In this document: positions 20,002 to 28,779 of the stretch, piece by piece
Position numbering within the stretch: the stretch's first letter is position 1
Layout: every line of letters begins with the position of its first letter
Source of the DNA: an uncultured Candidatus Binatia bacterium
Lineage (GTDB): Bacteria; Desulfobacterota; Binatia; UBA9968; JAJDTQ01
Direction: 5' to 3'
Assembly: GCA_965215605.1 (NCBI GenBank)
Contig: OZ244070.1
Coordinates: forward strand, 1,472,001 to 1,536,000
Length of the DNA stretch: 64,000 bases
Notes under the pieces: model-generated
Database searches by the model: none
What the model was told of the DNA's origin: nothing
The model's input: only the letters and a program-made list of their open reading frames with translations
Translations under genes and position numbers: made by a program

Positions 20002-20652
20002 TTATGCCCCGCCGGCCCCCGCGCCCAGCCGCTCGGCGACGACCCGCCGGACCTGCTCCTGGGTGGCCTCCACCGGACCGTCGGAACGGACCACCACGCA
20101 ACGTGAAGGCTCGGCCTCCGCGAGCTCCCGGAAGCCCTCGCGCACCCGGCTGTGGAACGCCGCGCCCTCGGCCTCGAAACGGTCTTCCCTCACCGCCTGC
20201 CGGTCCATCCGCTCCGCGGCCCGGGCCAGCGCCGCCTCCACCGGACAGTCCAGGATGATGGTGAGCTCCGGCATGGTGCCGCCCGTCGCCACGAGATTCA
20301 ACCGGCGCAACAGCTCCAGGTCCATGCCGCGCCCGTAACCCTGGTATGCCAGGGTCGAGTCGGCGTAGCGGTCGGACATCACGAGCCTGCCCTGCTCGAA
20401 GGCCGGTCGGACCACCTCGCGCACGTGCTGAGCCCGGTCAGCCAGGACCAGGAAGAGCTCGGTCTCGTCGGACAGGGAGTCCGGGCCGCCCTCCACCAGA
20501 AGCCGTCTGATCTCCTTGCCCATCCGGGTGTCGCCCGGTTCCCGGGTAATCAGGGGAGCTACCCCGCGGGTATCCAGATACTCGCCGAGCAACCTGATGT
20601 GCCGGGTCTTTCCCGACCCGTCACCTCCCTCGATGGTCACAAAACGCAACAT
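20002..20652 (-). CDS. tmk: Thymidylate kinase
   Basis: 'FVTIEGGDGSGKT', 'TREPG', 'SDRYADSTLAYQGYGRG', 'DRFEAE'. Confidence 0.95.
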   Translation of the reverse strand: MLRFVTIEGGDGSGKTRHIRLLGEYLDTRGVAPLITREPGDTRMGKEIRRLLVEGGPDSLSDETELFLVLADRAQHVREVVRPAFEQGRLVMSDRYADSTLAYQGYGRGMDLELLRRLNLVATGGTMPELTIILDCPVEAALARAAERMDRQAVREDRFEAEGAAFHSRVREGFRELAEAEPSRCVVVRSDGPVEATQEQVRRVVAERLGAGAGGA

Positions 20653-20889
20653 TCGAACCCGCGGTGGTCAACGGCTGCCCCGCCCGATCGAGGCGGGCTC
20701 GCAGCATGGACAGGATATTACACGAGAATGGGACGGCTGCCCAACCGGACGGCTGCGCAGCCGGCGCCGTCCGGCCGCCGGGGGGAGAACCCGTATTGCA
20801 AGGCGGCCCTTTGTTCTGATACGGCTGGTCCGGGCGGCAGCGTAGAGGCGACGCTCCCACCGGGGGCGTCCTCAACAAGAGAGGGCTCC

Positions 20890-21792
20890 ATGCGCGGGAC
20901 CACGCCGAGACGAATGCAGGGGATGGCCGACCCGGTGCTGGCCTCCATGGTCCATGACATGGGAATGGAGGAGGTGCCCCACTACGCCAGTCGTTCCGGG
21001 AAGGTGGTCGCCTATACGCAACGCTGGACGGAGAACGCCAAGTTCCGGGACGGTCCGGTGAACCCGCAACGGGTGGAAGTAACGGACCGGTCCGCCATGA
21101 CCGCGCGGATCAAGGCGAAGGCGCGGGAACTGGGCGCCGACCTGGTGGGGATCTGCCGGCTCACTCCCAGCATGGTCGACCTGGGGAAGGAGGTCCCCCA
21201 CGAGTTCGTGATCGCCGCCTGCATCACCGAGGACTACCACAAGGTGCTGGAAGGAGCGGACGCGGTGGAGGAGGAGGCCATGCGGGTCTACGCGGCGTGC
21301 TCCGACCTGTCCACCGAACTGGCGGCGTACATCCGCGACCTGGGATATCCGGCCTGGGCTCATCACAACGGCGTCCGGGAAGTCCAGGCCATACCGGTCT
21401 TCTACCAGGTGGGGTTCGGCGAGTTGGGCCGGCACGGGAGCCTCATCAACGAGAAGTACGGCGCCGACTTCAGGCCCGGGATGGTCACCACCGACCTGCC
21501 CCTGGACGTGGACGAGCCGCGGGAGTTCGGCGTCCAGGACTTCTGCATGAACTGCAACGTCTGCATGCGGAACTGCCCGGGCGACGCCATCCCCGAGGAC
21601 TACGTGGTCACCGACGGCATCAAGCGCTGGTTGATCGACCTGGAGAAGTGCTACCCCTACTCCCGCCTGCGCGACGAGTACTGCCACCTGTGCGTGGACG
21701 TCTGCCCCTACAACGTCCGCAGCCACCGCACCACCTTCAAGACCTTCATGAAGGAGCGCAAGCGGGCGGGCTACAAGACCCCCAAGTACTGA
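20890..21792 (+). CDS. Reductive dehalogenase/QueG-superfamily cobalamin-2x[4Fe-4S] protein, compact and without Tat leader
   Basis: 'IKAKARELGADLVGI', 'LAAYIRDLGYPAWAH', 'GFGELGRHGSLINEKYG..RPGMVTTDLPL', 'CMNCNVCMRNCP', 'C-x10-CHLCVDVCP'. Start inferred from GAGG RBS. Confidence 0.75.
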   Translation: MRGTTPRRMQGMADPVLASMVHDMGMEEVPHYASRSGKVVAYTQRWTENAKFRDGPVNPQRVEVTDRSAMTARIKAKARELGADLVGICRLTPSMVDLGKEVPHEFVIAACITEDYHKVLEGADAVEEEAMRVYAACSDLSTELAAYIRDLGYPAWAHHNGVREVQAIPVFYQVGFGELGRHGSLINEKYGADFRPGMVTTDLPLDVDEPREFGVQDFCMNCNVCMRNCPGDAIPEDYVVTDGIKRWLIDLEKCYPYSRLRDEYCHLCVDVCPYNVRSHRTTFKTFMKERKRAGYKTPKY

Positions 21793-21808
21793 GGCACCGA
21801 GGCACGGC

Positions 21809-21967
21809 GTGGGCAAGTTCTACCTTCAGGAGCGCCGGCCCGACGGCGAGGTCAGCACGGTGGGGCTGTTCTACTCGCGCGAAGAAGCGGAGGAGGTCAT
21901 CGCCGAGCTCCGGGAACTGCCGGACAAGCAGGGCTGCGAATACGTCCTGGTCCGGCCTCCCGAGTAG
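21809..21967 (+). CDS. Small hypothetical protein, 52 aa (below the ORF-track cutoff)
   Basis: GAGG then GTG; MGKFYLQERRPDGEVSTVGLFYSREEAEEVIAELRELPDKQGCEYVLVRPPE; G/C-ending codons like host genes. Confidence 0.55.
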   Translation: MGKFYLQERRPDGEVSTVGLFYSREEAEEVIAELRELPDKQGCEYVLVRPPE

Positions 21968-22039
21968 TCCGGAAGGCCCTGATGCCGGCAGTCTCTGACC
22001 GCCGGGACGGTCTCGCGGCCGTCATCGCCGGCGGCGAAG

Positions 22040-22630
22040 TCACAATCCCAGGTTGGCGGGGGTCACGACCGAGCGTAGCGTGTGTGTGCGGTACCCGCCG
22101 TTCGACGGGTAGCGCGGGTCCCGTTTGCCCGTCCTCGCCGTCACGGTAACGCGGATTCGCCGTATCTCGGCCGCAACCGTGGTGGCGTTGCCCGCGGCGC
22201 CGAGGTGCTCCACCGTGAAGTCCTGGACGTCTTCCGCAACCGGCTGGCCGCCGCCCCCGGTGTCGCGCTTGAGCTGCAGGCGGGCGGGGTCGTGGAAATA
22301 GACTACCCGCTCGTTGGCGTCGGACACGTCCCCGTCGCCGTTGTGGTCGGCCGTGATGATGAGCCGGTCGGGATGGTGGAAGAGTCCCGCGAGCCCGGAC
22401 CCCGCCGGGTCGTACCCCGCCGTCCGCGCCTCCCGGATCACCAGGGACATGGCCGCGCGGGCGGTCTGTTGCATGGCGTTGAGCTGTTCCTGGAGATCGT
22501 AGGCGGTGATCTGGCCGGTAAAGCTCGTGGCCGCCGCCGCCAACAGGATTCCCTGGATCGACAGCACCACCAGCAGCTCGATCAGCGTGAATCCCCGATC
22601 CTGGCGCTTGTCCGTTTTACGCGAAATCAC
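22040..22630 (-). CDS. Type IV minor pilin, PilW-like
   Basis: Prepilin motif 'RGFTLIELLVVL', 'REARTAGY', ends 'VVTPANLGL'; GTGA overlap with the upstream pilin. Confidence 0.8.
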   Translation of the reverse strand: MISRKTDKRQDRGFTLIELLVVLSIQGILLAAAATSFTGQITAYDLQEQLNAMQQTARAAMSLVIREARTAGYDPAGSGLAGLFHHPDRLIITADHNGDGDVSDANERVVYFHDPARLQLKRDTGGGGQPVAEDVQDFTVEHLGAAGNATTVAAEIRRIRVTVTARTGKRDPRYPSNGGYRTHTLRSVVTPANLGL

Positions 22631-22998
22631 CGGGCCAGAATTGTTCGGAGGACTGCCGAGCGCGCGTCCCGGCGCCAGTACACCGTCACCGTGACCGTGC
22701 TCAAGCCGGCTTCGGGGGCATCTTGGCGGACATCGGTGACCCGCCTGTAGGAAGGGAAGCCGGGTATCGTCCCGTAGTCCTCGGTGGCCGTGAGCGGGCT
22801 TCCTCCGGCGAGGCCCTTGAGGCCTTCGATCCGGTCCTGCGCCAGCAGCGTGGCCACCCCGTGATGCCGGCTCGCGCGGTTCCCCTCCATGACCCCGACC
22901 GTAAGACGCACGATCCCCAGGAGAGCCGTGGACAGGATCAACATCGCCACCAGCAGTTCGATCATGGAGAAACCTGCGCGCGCGAGGCATGGTTGCAT
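22627..22998 (-). CDS. Type IV minor pilin, PilV-like
   Basis: 'AGFSMIELLVAMLILSTALLG', 'ATLLAQDRIEGL', 'VTVTVYW'. Confidence 0.8.
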   Translation of the reverse strand: MQPCLARAGFSMIELLVAMLILSTALLGIVRLTVGVMEGNRASRHHGVATLLAQDRIEGLKGLAGGSPLTATEDYGTIPGFPSYRRVTDVRQDAPEAGLSTVTVTVYWRRDARSAVLRTILAR

Positions 22999-23009
22999 GA
23001 CGCGCGGCC

Positions 23010-23480
23010 TCACCGGATCCGCACCCGGCCGGCGATACTGACGCTGACCCGCTTCGAGCCGGCGGCGTTGGCGAGCGTTATGGTGGCGAGGCTGCTGGCC
23101 GTACCCCGGGGACTGAAGACCGGATTGTTGTTGGAATGCATCACCACGCCCTCGTAGTCGGTTCTCAGGTCCCGGGTAAGGGTCCATTCCCCGGGGTCCA
23201 CGGTGCCGTCATTGTCCGCATCGTCGAGGATCCTGTACTCATGCCGGCTGACGAAGAACACCCGGTAGCGGTTGTTCCTCTGGATTGCCCGCATGCGCGC
23301 CCACATGAGGTCCCCGGTAAGCTGGCGCGCGGCGCCGTTCAGCCGGTGCCTCGGCATGACCTTCAGGTACGCCGGAACGGCAATGGCGATCATGATGCCG
23401 GCCAAGGCCAGGGTGATCAGTTGCCCCAGCAGCGAGAATCCCGCGGTCCGTTGGATCGCTCGCGGCGAAGACTCGCTCAT
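23010..23480 (-). CDS. Type IV minor pilin, FimT/GspH-like
   Basis: 'AGFSLLGQLITLALAGIMIAIAVP', 'RLNGAARQLTGDLMWARMRAI', 'FSPRG', 'VSIAGRVR'. Confidence 0.8.
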   Translation of the reverse strand: MSESSPRAIQRTAGFSLLGQLITLALAGIMIAIAVPAYLKVMPRHRLNGAARQLTGDLMWARMRAIQRNNRYRVFFVSRHEYRILDDADNDGTVDPGEWTLTRDLRTDYEGVVMHSNNNPVFSPRGTASSLATITLANAAGSKRVSVSIAGRVRIR

Positions 23481-24253
23481 CCTCTGAAGACCCGCACCAA
23501 GGCGGCCATGCCCAGGAACGGTCCGAACGGCAACGGCGTCGCCAGCGAGACGTCGCTTCGGAACGCCGTGAGGCCGATGCCCCAGAGGGACCCCGCCAGA
23601 GCGCCCAGGAAGAGGACGCCGGGAACGCCGTCCCAGCCCATGAAGGCGCCGATCATCGCCAGCAGCTTCACGTCTCCGCCGCCCAGGCCGTCCCTGCCGG
23701 TGACCGCGCGGTAGCCCCGGGCCGTGGCCAGCAGCACGCCCCCGCCCAACAACGCCCCTAGCAGGGAGCCCGCCGGCGTCGGCAGTTCCGGGATCGAAAG
23801 CGCCGGGCCGCACCACGACAGAACGAACCCCCACGCGGTGCCGTAGACGGTGACGGCGTCGGGGATGATTCCCGTTTCGATGTCGATGACGGCCGCCGCC
23901 AGCAGCGTGCCGGCGAGGGAGAGCCGGGCCACGAGGAGGGGGCCGGGGCCAAACCGGCGGTACCCCGCCACCGTCATGGCGGCGGCGCCGAGTTCCACCA
24001 GGAAATAGCGCGGGGAAATGCGGACGCCGCAACCGGCGCACCGCCCGTGCAACAGAATGTAGCTGGCCAGCGGGACCTTGGCCCAGACCGGAAGCCGCCG
24101 CTTGCAGGCACGGCAATGCGATGCCGGAAAGAGGATCGACTCGCCGGCGGGGAGCCGGGTGATGCAGACGTTCAGAAAGCTGCCGATGCAGCACCCGAAA
24201 AGGAAGAGCAGGAGTCCCTGCGCCTGTTCCGCAATCGCCGTGGTTCCCGCCAT
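23477..24253 (-). CDS. pilD: Prepilin peptidase/N-methyltransferase
   Basis: 'IGSFLNVCITRLP', 'SHCRAC', 'GRCAGC..ISPRY.LVEL', 'GLGGGDVKLLAMIGA', 'PFGPFL'. Confidence 0.93.
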   Translation of the reverse strand: MAGTTAIAEQAQGLLLFLFGCCIGSFLNVCITRLPAGESILFPASHCRACKRRLPVWAKVPLASYILLHGRCAGCGVRISPRYFLVELGAAAMTVAGYRRFGPGPLLVARLSLAGTLLAAAVIDIETGIIPDAVTVYGTAWGFVLSWCGPALSIPELPTPAGSLLGALLGGGVLLATARGYRAVTGRDGLGGGDVKLLAMIGAFMGWDGVPGVLFLGALAGSLWGIGLTAFRSDVSLATPLPFGPFLGMAALVRVFRG

Positions 24254-24311
24254 GAAGGAATAGTCGGCGGAAGCGGACGGAACTTAAGCCCGTGGTGAAG
24301 GGATCTTCGGG

Positions 24312-25415
24312 TCAACGGTTCCTGGCTTCCAGCCATCGCCGGACCAAGGGAAAGACCTCGGTCTTGGCCTTCTTGCCGAGAATCAGGTCGAAGTGGCCGT
24401 AGCTGACGTCCTCGTCGGGGTCCGACCAGAAGATCATGAGGTCGCGGTCCTCCGAGGCCAGCTCCTGGTAGACCTTCTTCAGCGCGCCCGGCGGCGCGAT
24501 GGGGTCCACGCCGCCGCCCACGATGAGGACCGGCAACCGGATACTGGAAAGTGTGTCCCGATAGCTTGTTTCGCCGTCGGCGGAGACGAACTCATCCTTT
24601 TCCACCATGGTGACCAACTGCTCCAGGACTCCGGGGTTGACCGGTATCAGCAGCTCTTCCAGCAGCGCCTGCGCGACCCGCGGCTCGAGGTTCCCGGGAT
24701 TGTAGAACATGTCCCTGAACCCGGGGAGGCTGAACAGGATACGGTTGAAACCGGACGCGTTCCAGGAAAGCAGAGCGTCCCGCACCACCGGACGGCCGTC
24801 GAGCTTGAGCAGGATGTCCAGCGCGTCCTGCTCGGGGCTGTCGAAGGACATGGGCGCGGCGATGCCGACGATGCCGGCGACGCCGTGCTCCCGCACCTTG
24901 CCGGCATGAGCGAAGGCCAGAGCTCCGCCCATCTCGTAGCCCACCACGAAGACCTCGGCGCTGCCGGTCTTCTTCCACACGTAGTCGAGGACCGCGGGGA
25001 GATCGTCCTCAAGGATGTCGTCCAGCGTCCAGGGTTTCCCGCCCCAGCGCAGCGGGTTCAAGCTCCGGCCGGTGCCGCGGAGCGACAGGTTCCAGACGTC
25101 GAAGCCCGCTTCGGCCAAGTGCGTAGCCAGGCCGCCGCGGCCGAAGTCGAGGAAACGGCTGTCCACCAGCAGACCGTGGATGAGGATGACGGGTCGCGGG
25201 TATCGGACGTTCTTGTTGAGACGGTGGCGCTTGAGGGAAATCTCGAACTTCTTGCCGGTGACAGCCCAGTGGCGCTCCCAGGTTACATACTCGTCGTCCA
25301 GGGAGGCCGATTCCACCGCCCCCGGCAGCATGAATGAGAGCGCCGCGATCAGACAGGCCCGGAGAGCTACGCGACAGGTAAAGGACATGGGACACGCAGG
25401 ACGGCGACCGTTCAC
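24312..25415 (-). CDS. Alpha/beta-hydrolase fold protein with probable signal peptide; nucleophile elbow reads GYEMG
   Basis: 'PVILIHGL', 'GFDVWNLSLRGTGRS', 'VVGYEMGG', 'GGVDPIAP', 'YGHFDLILG'. Start uncertain. Confidence 0.8.
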   Translation of the reverse strand: MNGRRPACPMSFTCRVALRACLIAALSFMLPGAVESASLDDEYVTWERHWAVTGKKFEISLKRHRLNKNVRYPRPVILIHGLLVDSRFLDFGRGGLATHLAEAGFDVWNLSLRGTGRSLNPLRWGGKPWTLDDILEDDLPAVLDYVWKKTGSAEVFVVGYEMGGALAFAHAGKVREHGVAGIVGIAAPMSFDSPEQDALDILLKLDGRPVVRDALLSWNASGFNRILFSLPGFRDMFYNPGNLEPRVAQALLEELLIPVNPGVLEQLVTMVEKDEFVSADGETSYRDTLSSIRLPVLIVGGGVDPIAPPGALKKVYQELASEDRDLMIFWSDPDEDVSYGHFDLILGKKAKTEVFPLVRRWLEARNR

Positions 25416-25552
25416 GCCGAGTACGGCGAGACGGGCGTGATGTTCCTGTAGTCCACCGGCAGAAGCTCGACCCGGACGCCGGCGTCGGTCTCGGCCATGT
25501 GCGCTTCGACGCGCTCATCGAGTTGTCTTGCGTCCGGTCCGGCCTTTGCCAT
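25412..25552 (-). CDS. Possible small hypothetical protein (46 aa)
   Basis: GAGGG before ATG and GTGA stop/start overlap with the downstream hydrolase; no recognisable motif. Confidence 0.3.
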   Translation of the reverse strand: MAKAGPDARQLDERVEAHMAETDAGVRVELLPVDYRNITPVSPYSA

Positions 25553-25706
25553 GGTACCCTCGCTCGGAAGCCGCCGCCGGCCCCCTTCCCGCCGGGACAT
25601 TGATTACGGCGGGGGCGATTGTATATAGACCTGAACGGAAGGGTCAAGGACCGTGGACCGGAAGTCGCACGGCCACACTTCGATTCGGCGAGAGGGGATT
25701 ACGATC

Positions 25707-26918
25707 ATGCGCGCAAGCACCGAGAGGAAGATGAAACGCTGGCAGGAGCAGCGCTGGATACTGGACCAGGTCATCAAGGTGAGCGGCCTCGACTTCGATC
25801 AGGGCCGCTCGGGCAAGATGCTGAGGAACTGCGGCCCGGGCATCGCCGGGGAGCTTCGGGGGATCGGGCAGCGGGTGCAGAAGTTCACGGACTTCCCGCG
25901 GGAGTTCTCCCACGCCGCCGAGCGGCGGGAGCAGCGGGGGCGGGCCGCCGAGGCACTGGGACACACGGTGGAGGCGCGCGAGCACTACTACGTGGCAGCC
26001 ACCTACTACACCGCGGCCCAGTGGGGCATCTTCGAGGACGGCAACCCGCGGCGGATGGCCTGGGCGGAGAGCAAGCGGGACTGCTACGACCGCTACATCG
26101 GGTTCGCCGACCATCCCATCGAGCGGGTGGACCTCTCCGTGCCGGGCGGCAAGCAGGCCGCCTTGCTGCATTTGCCGCACAAGCCGGCGCCGGGGGAGCG
26201 GTTCCCGTGCATCCTCTATCAGCCGGGCATGGACGGGGTGAAGGAAGACAACCCCTTGACGGGCGATCCGTTGCTTCAGCGGGGGCTGGCGATCCTGTCC
26301 ATCGACGGGCCGGGACAGGGCGAGACCCGGGAGCGCGGCATCACCGTCACCGCCTCCAACTGCGAGGACGGCGCCAAGGCGGCCTACGCCTTTCTCAAGA
26401 CCCGCCCCGATATCGACGGCGACCGGGTGGCGGTCTACGGCTCCAGCATGGGCTCCTACTGGGGCACGCGCATGGCGGCGGCGGTGCCCGAGCTCAGGGC
26501 CTGCGCGGTGGTGGGCGTGTGCATGGAGCCCAGCCAGTACACCATCTTCAATACCGCCGCGCCGACCTTCAAGCTCAACTACATGTACATGTCCGGCTAC
26601 GATAACGAGGCGGAGTTCGACGAGTTCTGCAAGACCCTGACCCTGGAGGGGGTGGCGGCGAGAATCCGCTGCCCCTACATGGTCGTGGCGGGGGAGGACG
26701 ACGAGCTCTGTCCCATCGAGTTCGCCTACGAGGTCGTAGACGGGGCCACCTGCCCCAAGGTGCTCTACGTCTACGAGGGCGAGCGCCACTCGCTCCGCAA
26801 CCCGGCGGCCCGCACCATCGTCGTGGACTGGCTCAAGGACTGCCTCGACGGCAAGCCGGTGACGTCGGAAAAGGTCTACGTAGAGACGAGCGGCAAGGAA
26901 ATCCGGACGCCGTTCTGA
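25707..26918 (+). CDS. Alpha/beta hydrolase, 2,6-dihydroxypseudooxynicotine hydrolase/FrsA-like
   Basis: 'PGMDGVKE', 'DGPGQGE', 'GSSMGSYW' nucleophile elbow, 'GEDDEL', 'GERHSL'. Confidence 0.8.
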   Translation: MRASTERKMKRWQEQRWILDQVIKVSGLDFDQGRSGKMLRNCGPGIAGELRGIGQRVQKFTDFPREFSHAAERREQRGRAAEALGHTVEAREHYYVAATYYTAAQWGIFEDGNPRRMAWAESKRDCYDRYIGFADHPIERVDLSVPGGKQAALLHLPHKPAPGERFPCILYQPGMDGVKEDNPLTGDPLLQRGLAILSIDGPGQGETRERGITVTASNCEDGAKAAYAFLKTRPDIDGDRVAVYGSSMGSYWGTRMAAAVPELRACAVVGVCMEPSQYTIFNTAAPTFKLNYMYMSGYDNEAEFDEFCKTLTLEGVAARIRCPYMVVAGEDDELCPIEFAYEVVDGATCPKVLYVYEGERHSLRNPAARTIVVDWLKDCLDGKPVTSEKVYVETSGKEIRTPF

Positions 26919-27261
26919 CGTGTTCCGGCGCCGTTGCGCATGAGGTTCGTTCTTATGCCCCGGCGGCCTGGGTCGTGCGCTCTCGCAAAGCCCCCATTTC
27001 TTCCCGCAGGGTGGTTACGTCCCGCTGAAGCTCGCGTACGTCCTCACGCACTTCGGCGATGCTCTGGTTCACCTGACCAAAGCGTTGGCCCTGAGCCGGT
27101 CAACACAGTTCCTTGACAGGCCTGCGCTGACATGGTTCATTCTGCCTCAGCCTTCGACTGACGCAGATTCGCCGAAACCGCCCCTACACCGGTTACGACG
27201 CAAAATCCCGGCCAAGTCCCGCGGGCTGCAAATTTATTCATTCACGAGGAGAGTTCGTCCC

Positions 27262-28719
27262 ATGCAGATGTTCATTGCAGGTGAGTACACGGATACGGCA
27301 AGCGGCGAGACCACGACCATCTACGACCCCGCCACGGGCGAGGTGGTGGATACCATTCCCAAGGGCACGGCCGAGGACGTGAAACGGGCCGTGGCGGCGG
27401 CGGAAGAGGCGGCGGTGGAATGGGGCAAGTTCGCGCCTTCCAAGCGTGGAGAGTGCCTGTCCGAGGCCGCGCGGCTCGTGCTGGAGAATGAGAAGGAGTT
27501 GACCCAGTTGCTCACCAAGGAGCAGGGCAAGGCTCTGCGCGAGTCGGTGCTGGAAATCCGCCGCTTCGCCCACACCCTGGAGCACTACGCGGGCATGGCC
27601 AAGACCCTGCGGGGCGGCTACGTCAAGCTCGCCGACGGGCGCTACGGGCTCATCATGCACAAGCCCATGGGCGTGGTGGGCTCCATCGTGCCGTGGAACT
27701 TCCCGGTGTCGCTGATGGGCAACAAGGTGGGCCCGGCGCTCCTGGCCGGCAACGCCATGGTCATCAAGCCCGCCAGCACCACGCCGCTGACGGCCACCCG
27801 CTGCGTCGAGCTGGTGCAGCAGGCGGGGCTTCCCAAGGGCACCATCAACATGGTCACCGGGCCGGGCGGTGCAGTGGGCGAGGAGATACTCCGCAACCCG
27901 GCCATCCGTAAGGTGGGTTTCACCGGCGCCACCGACACCGGCAAGCGGATCATGGAGGTGGCCTCCCAGGAGGTCAAGCGGGTCACCCTGGAACTGGGCG
28001 GCAGCGACCCCATGATCGTGTGCGACGACGCCAACATCGACCGGGCGGTGAGCGCCGCCTCGGTGGGCCGTTTCTTCAACTGCGGGCAGGCGTGCCTGGC
28101 GGTGAAGCGCCTCTACCTGTACGACGGCATCGCCGACGAATTCATCGGGAAGCTGGTGGAGAAGGTCCGCAAGCTGCGGGTGGGCAACGGCCTGACACGC
28201 GGCACCATGCTCGGACCGCTGCACACCAAGGCGCAGCGCGAGGAAGTCGAGGAGCAGGTGGCCGACGCGGTGCAGAAGGGTGCCAAGGTGCTGGTGGGCG
28301 GCGACCGTCCCAAGGGCGACGAATACGACAAGGGCAACTTCCTGAACCCTTCCGTCGTCGTGGACGTCGACCCCGCGTCCAAGCTGCTGTCGGACGAGGT
28401 GTTCGGACCGGCCCTGCCGGTGGTGCGGATCAAGAGCCTCGAAGAGGGCCTGGCGCTGGCCAACGGTTCCATCTTCGGCCTGGGCTCGTCGGTGTGGACC
28501 CAGGACATCGACAAGGCCATGTTCGCCGCCGAGAACCTTGACGCCGGCTACACCTGGGTCAACTCCGCGCAGATCATCTACGACGAGCTCCCCTTCGGCG
28601 GCGTCAAGCAGAGCGGCGTCGGCAAGGAGCACGGCAACGAGGCTGTGGAGCATTACAGCGAGGTCAAGTCCGTGGTCGTGGCCACAGAGCAAACTTCCGA
28701 GATGGTGGGAGGAGAATAG
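27262..28719 (+). CDS. NAD(P)-dependent aldehyde dehydrogenase
   Basis: 'IVPWNFP', 'FTGATDTG', 'TLELGGSDP', 'NCGQAC', 'EVFGP', 'PFGGVKQSG'; GAGGAG RBS. Confidence 0.93.
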   Translation: MQMFIAGEYTDTASGETTTIYDPATGEVVDTIPKGTAEDVKRAVAAAEEAAVEWGKFAPSKRGECLSEAARLVLENEKELTQLLTKEQGKALRESVLEIRRFAHTLEHYAGMAKTLRGGYVKLADGRYGLIMHKPMGVVGSIVPWNFPVSLMGNKVGPALLAGNAMVIKPASTTPLTATRCVELVQQAGLPKGTINMVTGPGGAVGEEILRNPAIRKVGFTGATDTGKRIMEVASQEVKRVTLELGGSDPMIVCDDANIDRAVSAASVGRFFNCGQACLAVKRLYLYDGIADEFIGKLVEKVRKLRVGNGLTRGTMLGPLHTKAQREEVEEQVADAVQKGAKVLVGGDRPKGDEYDKGNFLNPSVVVDVDPASKLLSDEVFGPALPVVRIKSLEEGLALANGSIFGLGSSVWTQDIDKAMFAAENLDAGYTWVNSAQIIYDELPFGGVKQSGVGKEHGNEAVEHYSEVKSVVVATEQTSEMVGGE

Positions 28720-28779
28720 GCCGAACCCGCCGTCGCCGCGGACTGGCCGGCGGCCAAGTCCGCGCGACTCGACAAGAGC

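Noticed and set aside
26919-27261. 343-nt intergenic region as a possible ncRNA or repeat
   Set aside because: It shows only weak similarity to 1646-1670 and a possible TTGACA box. No convincing structure or ORF was found by eye.
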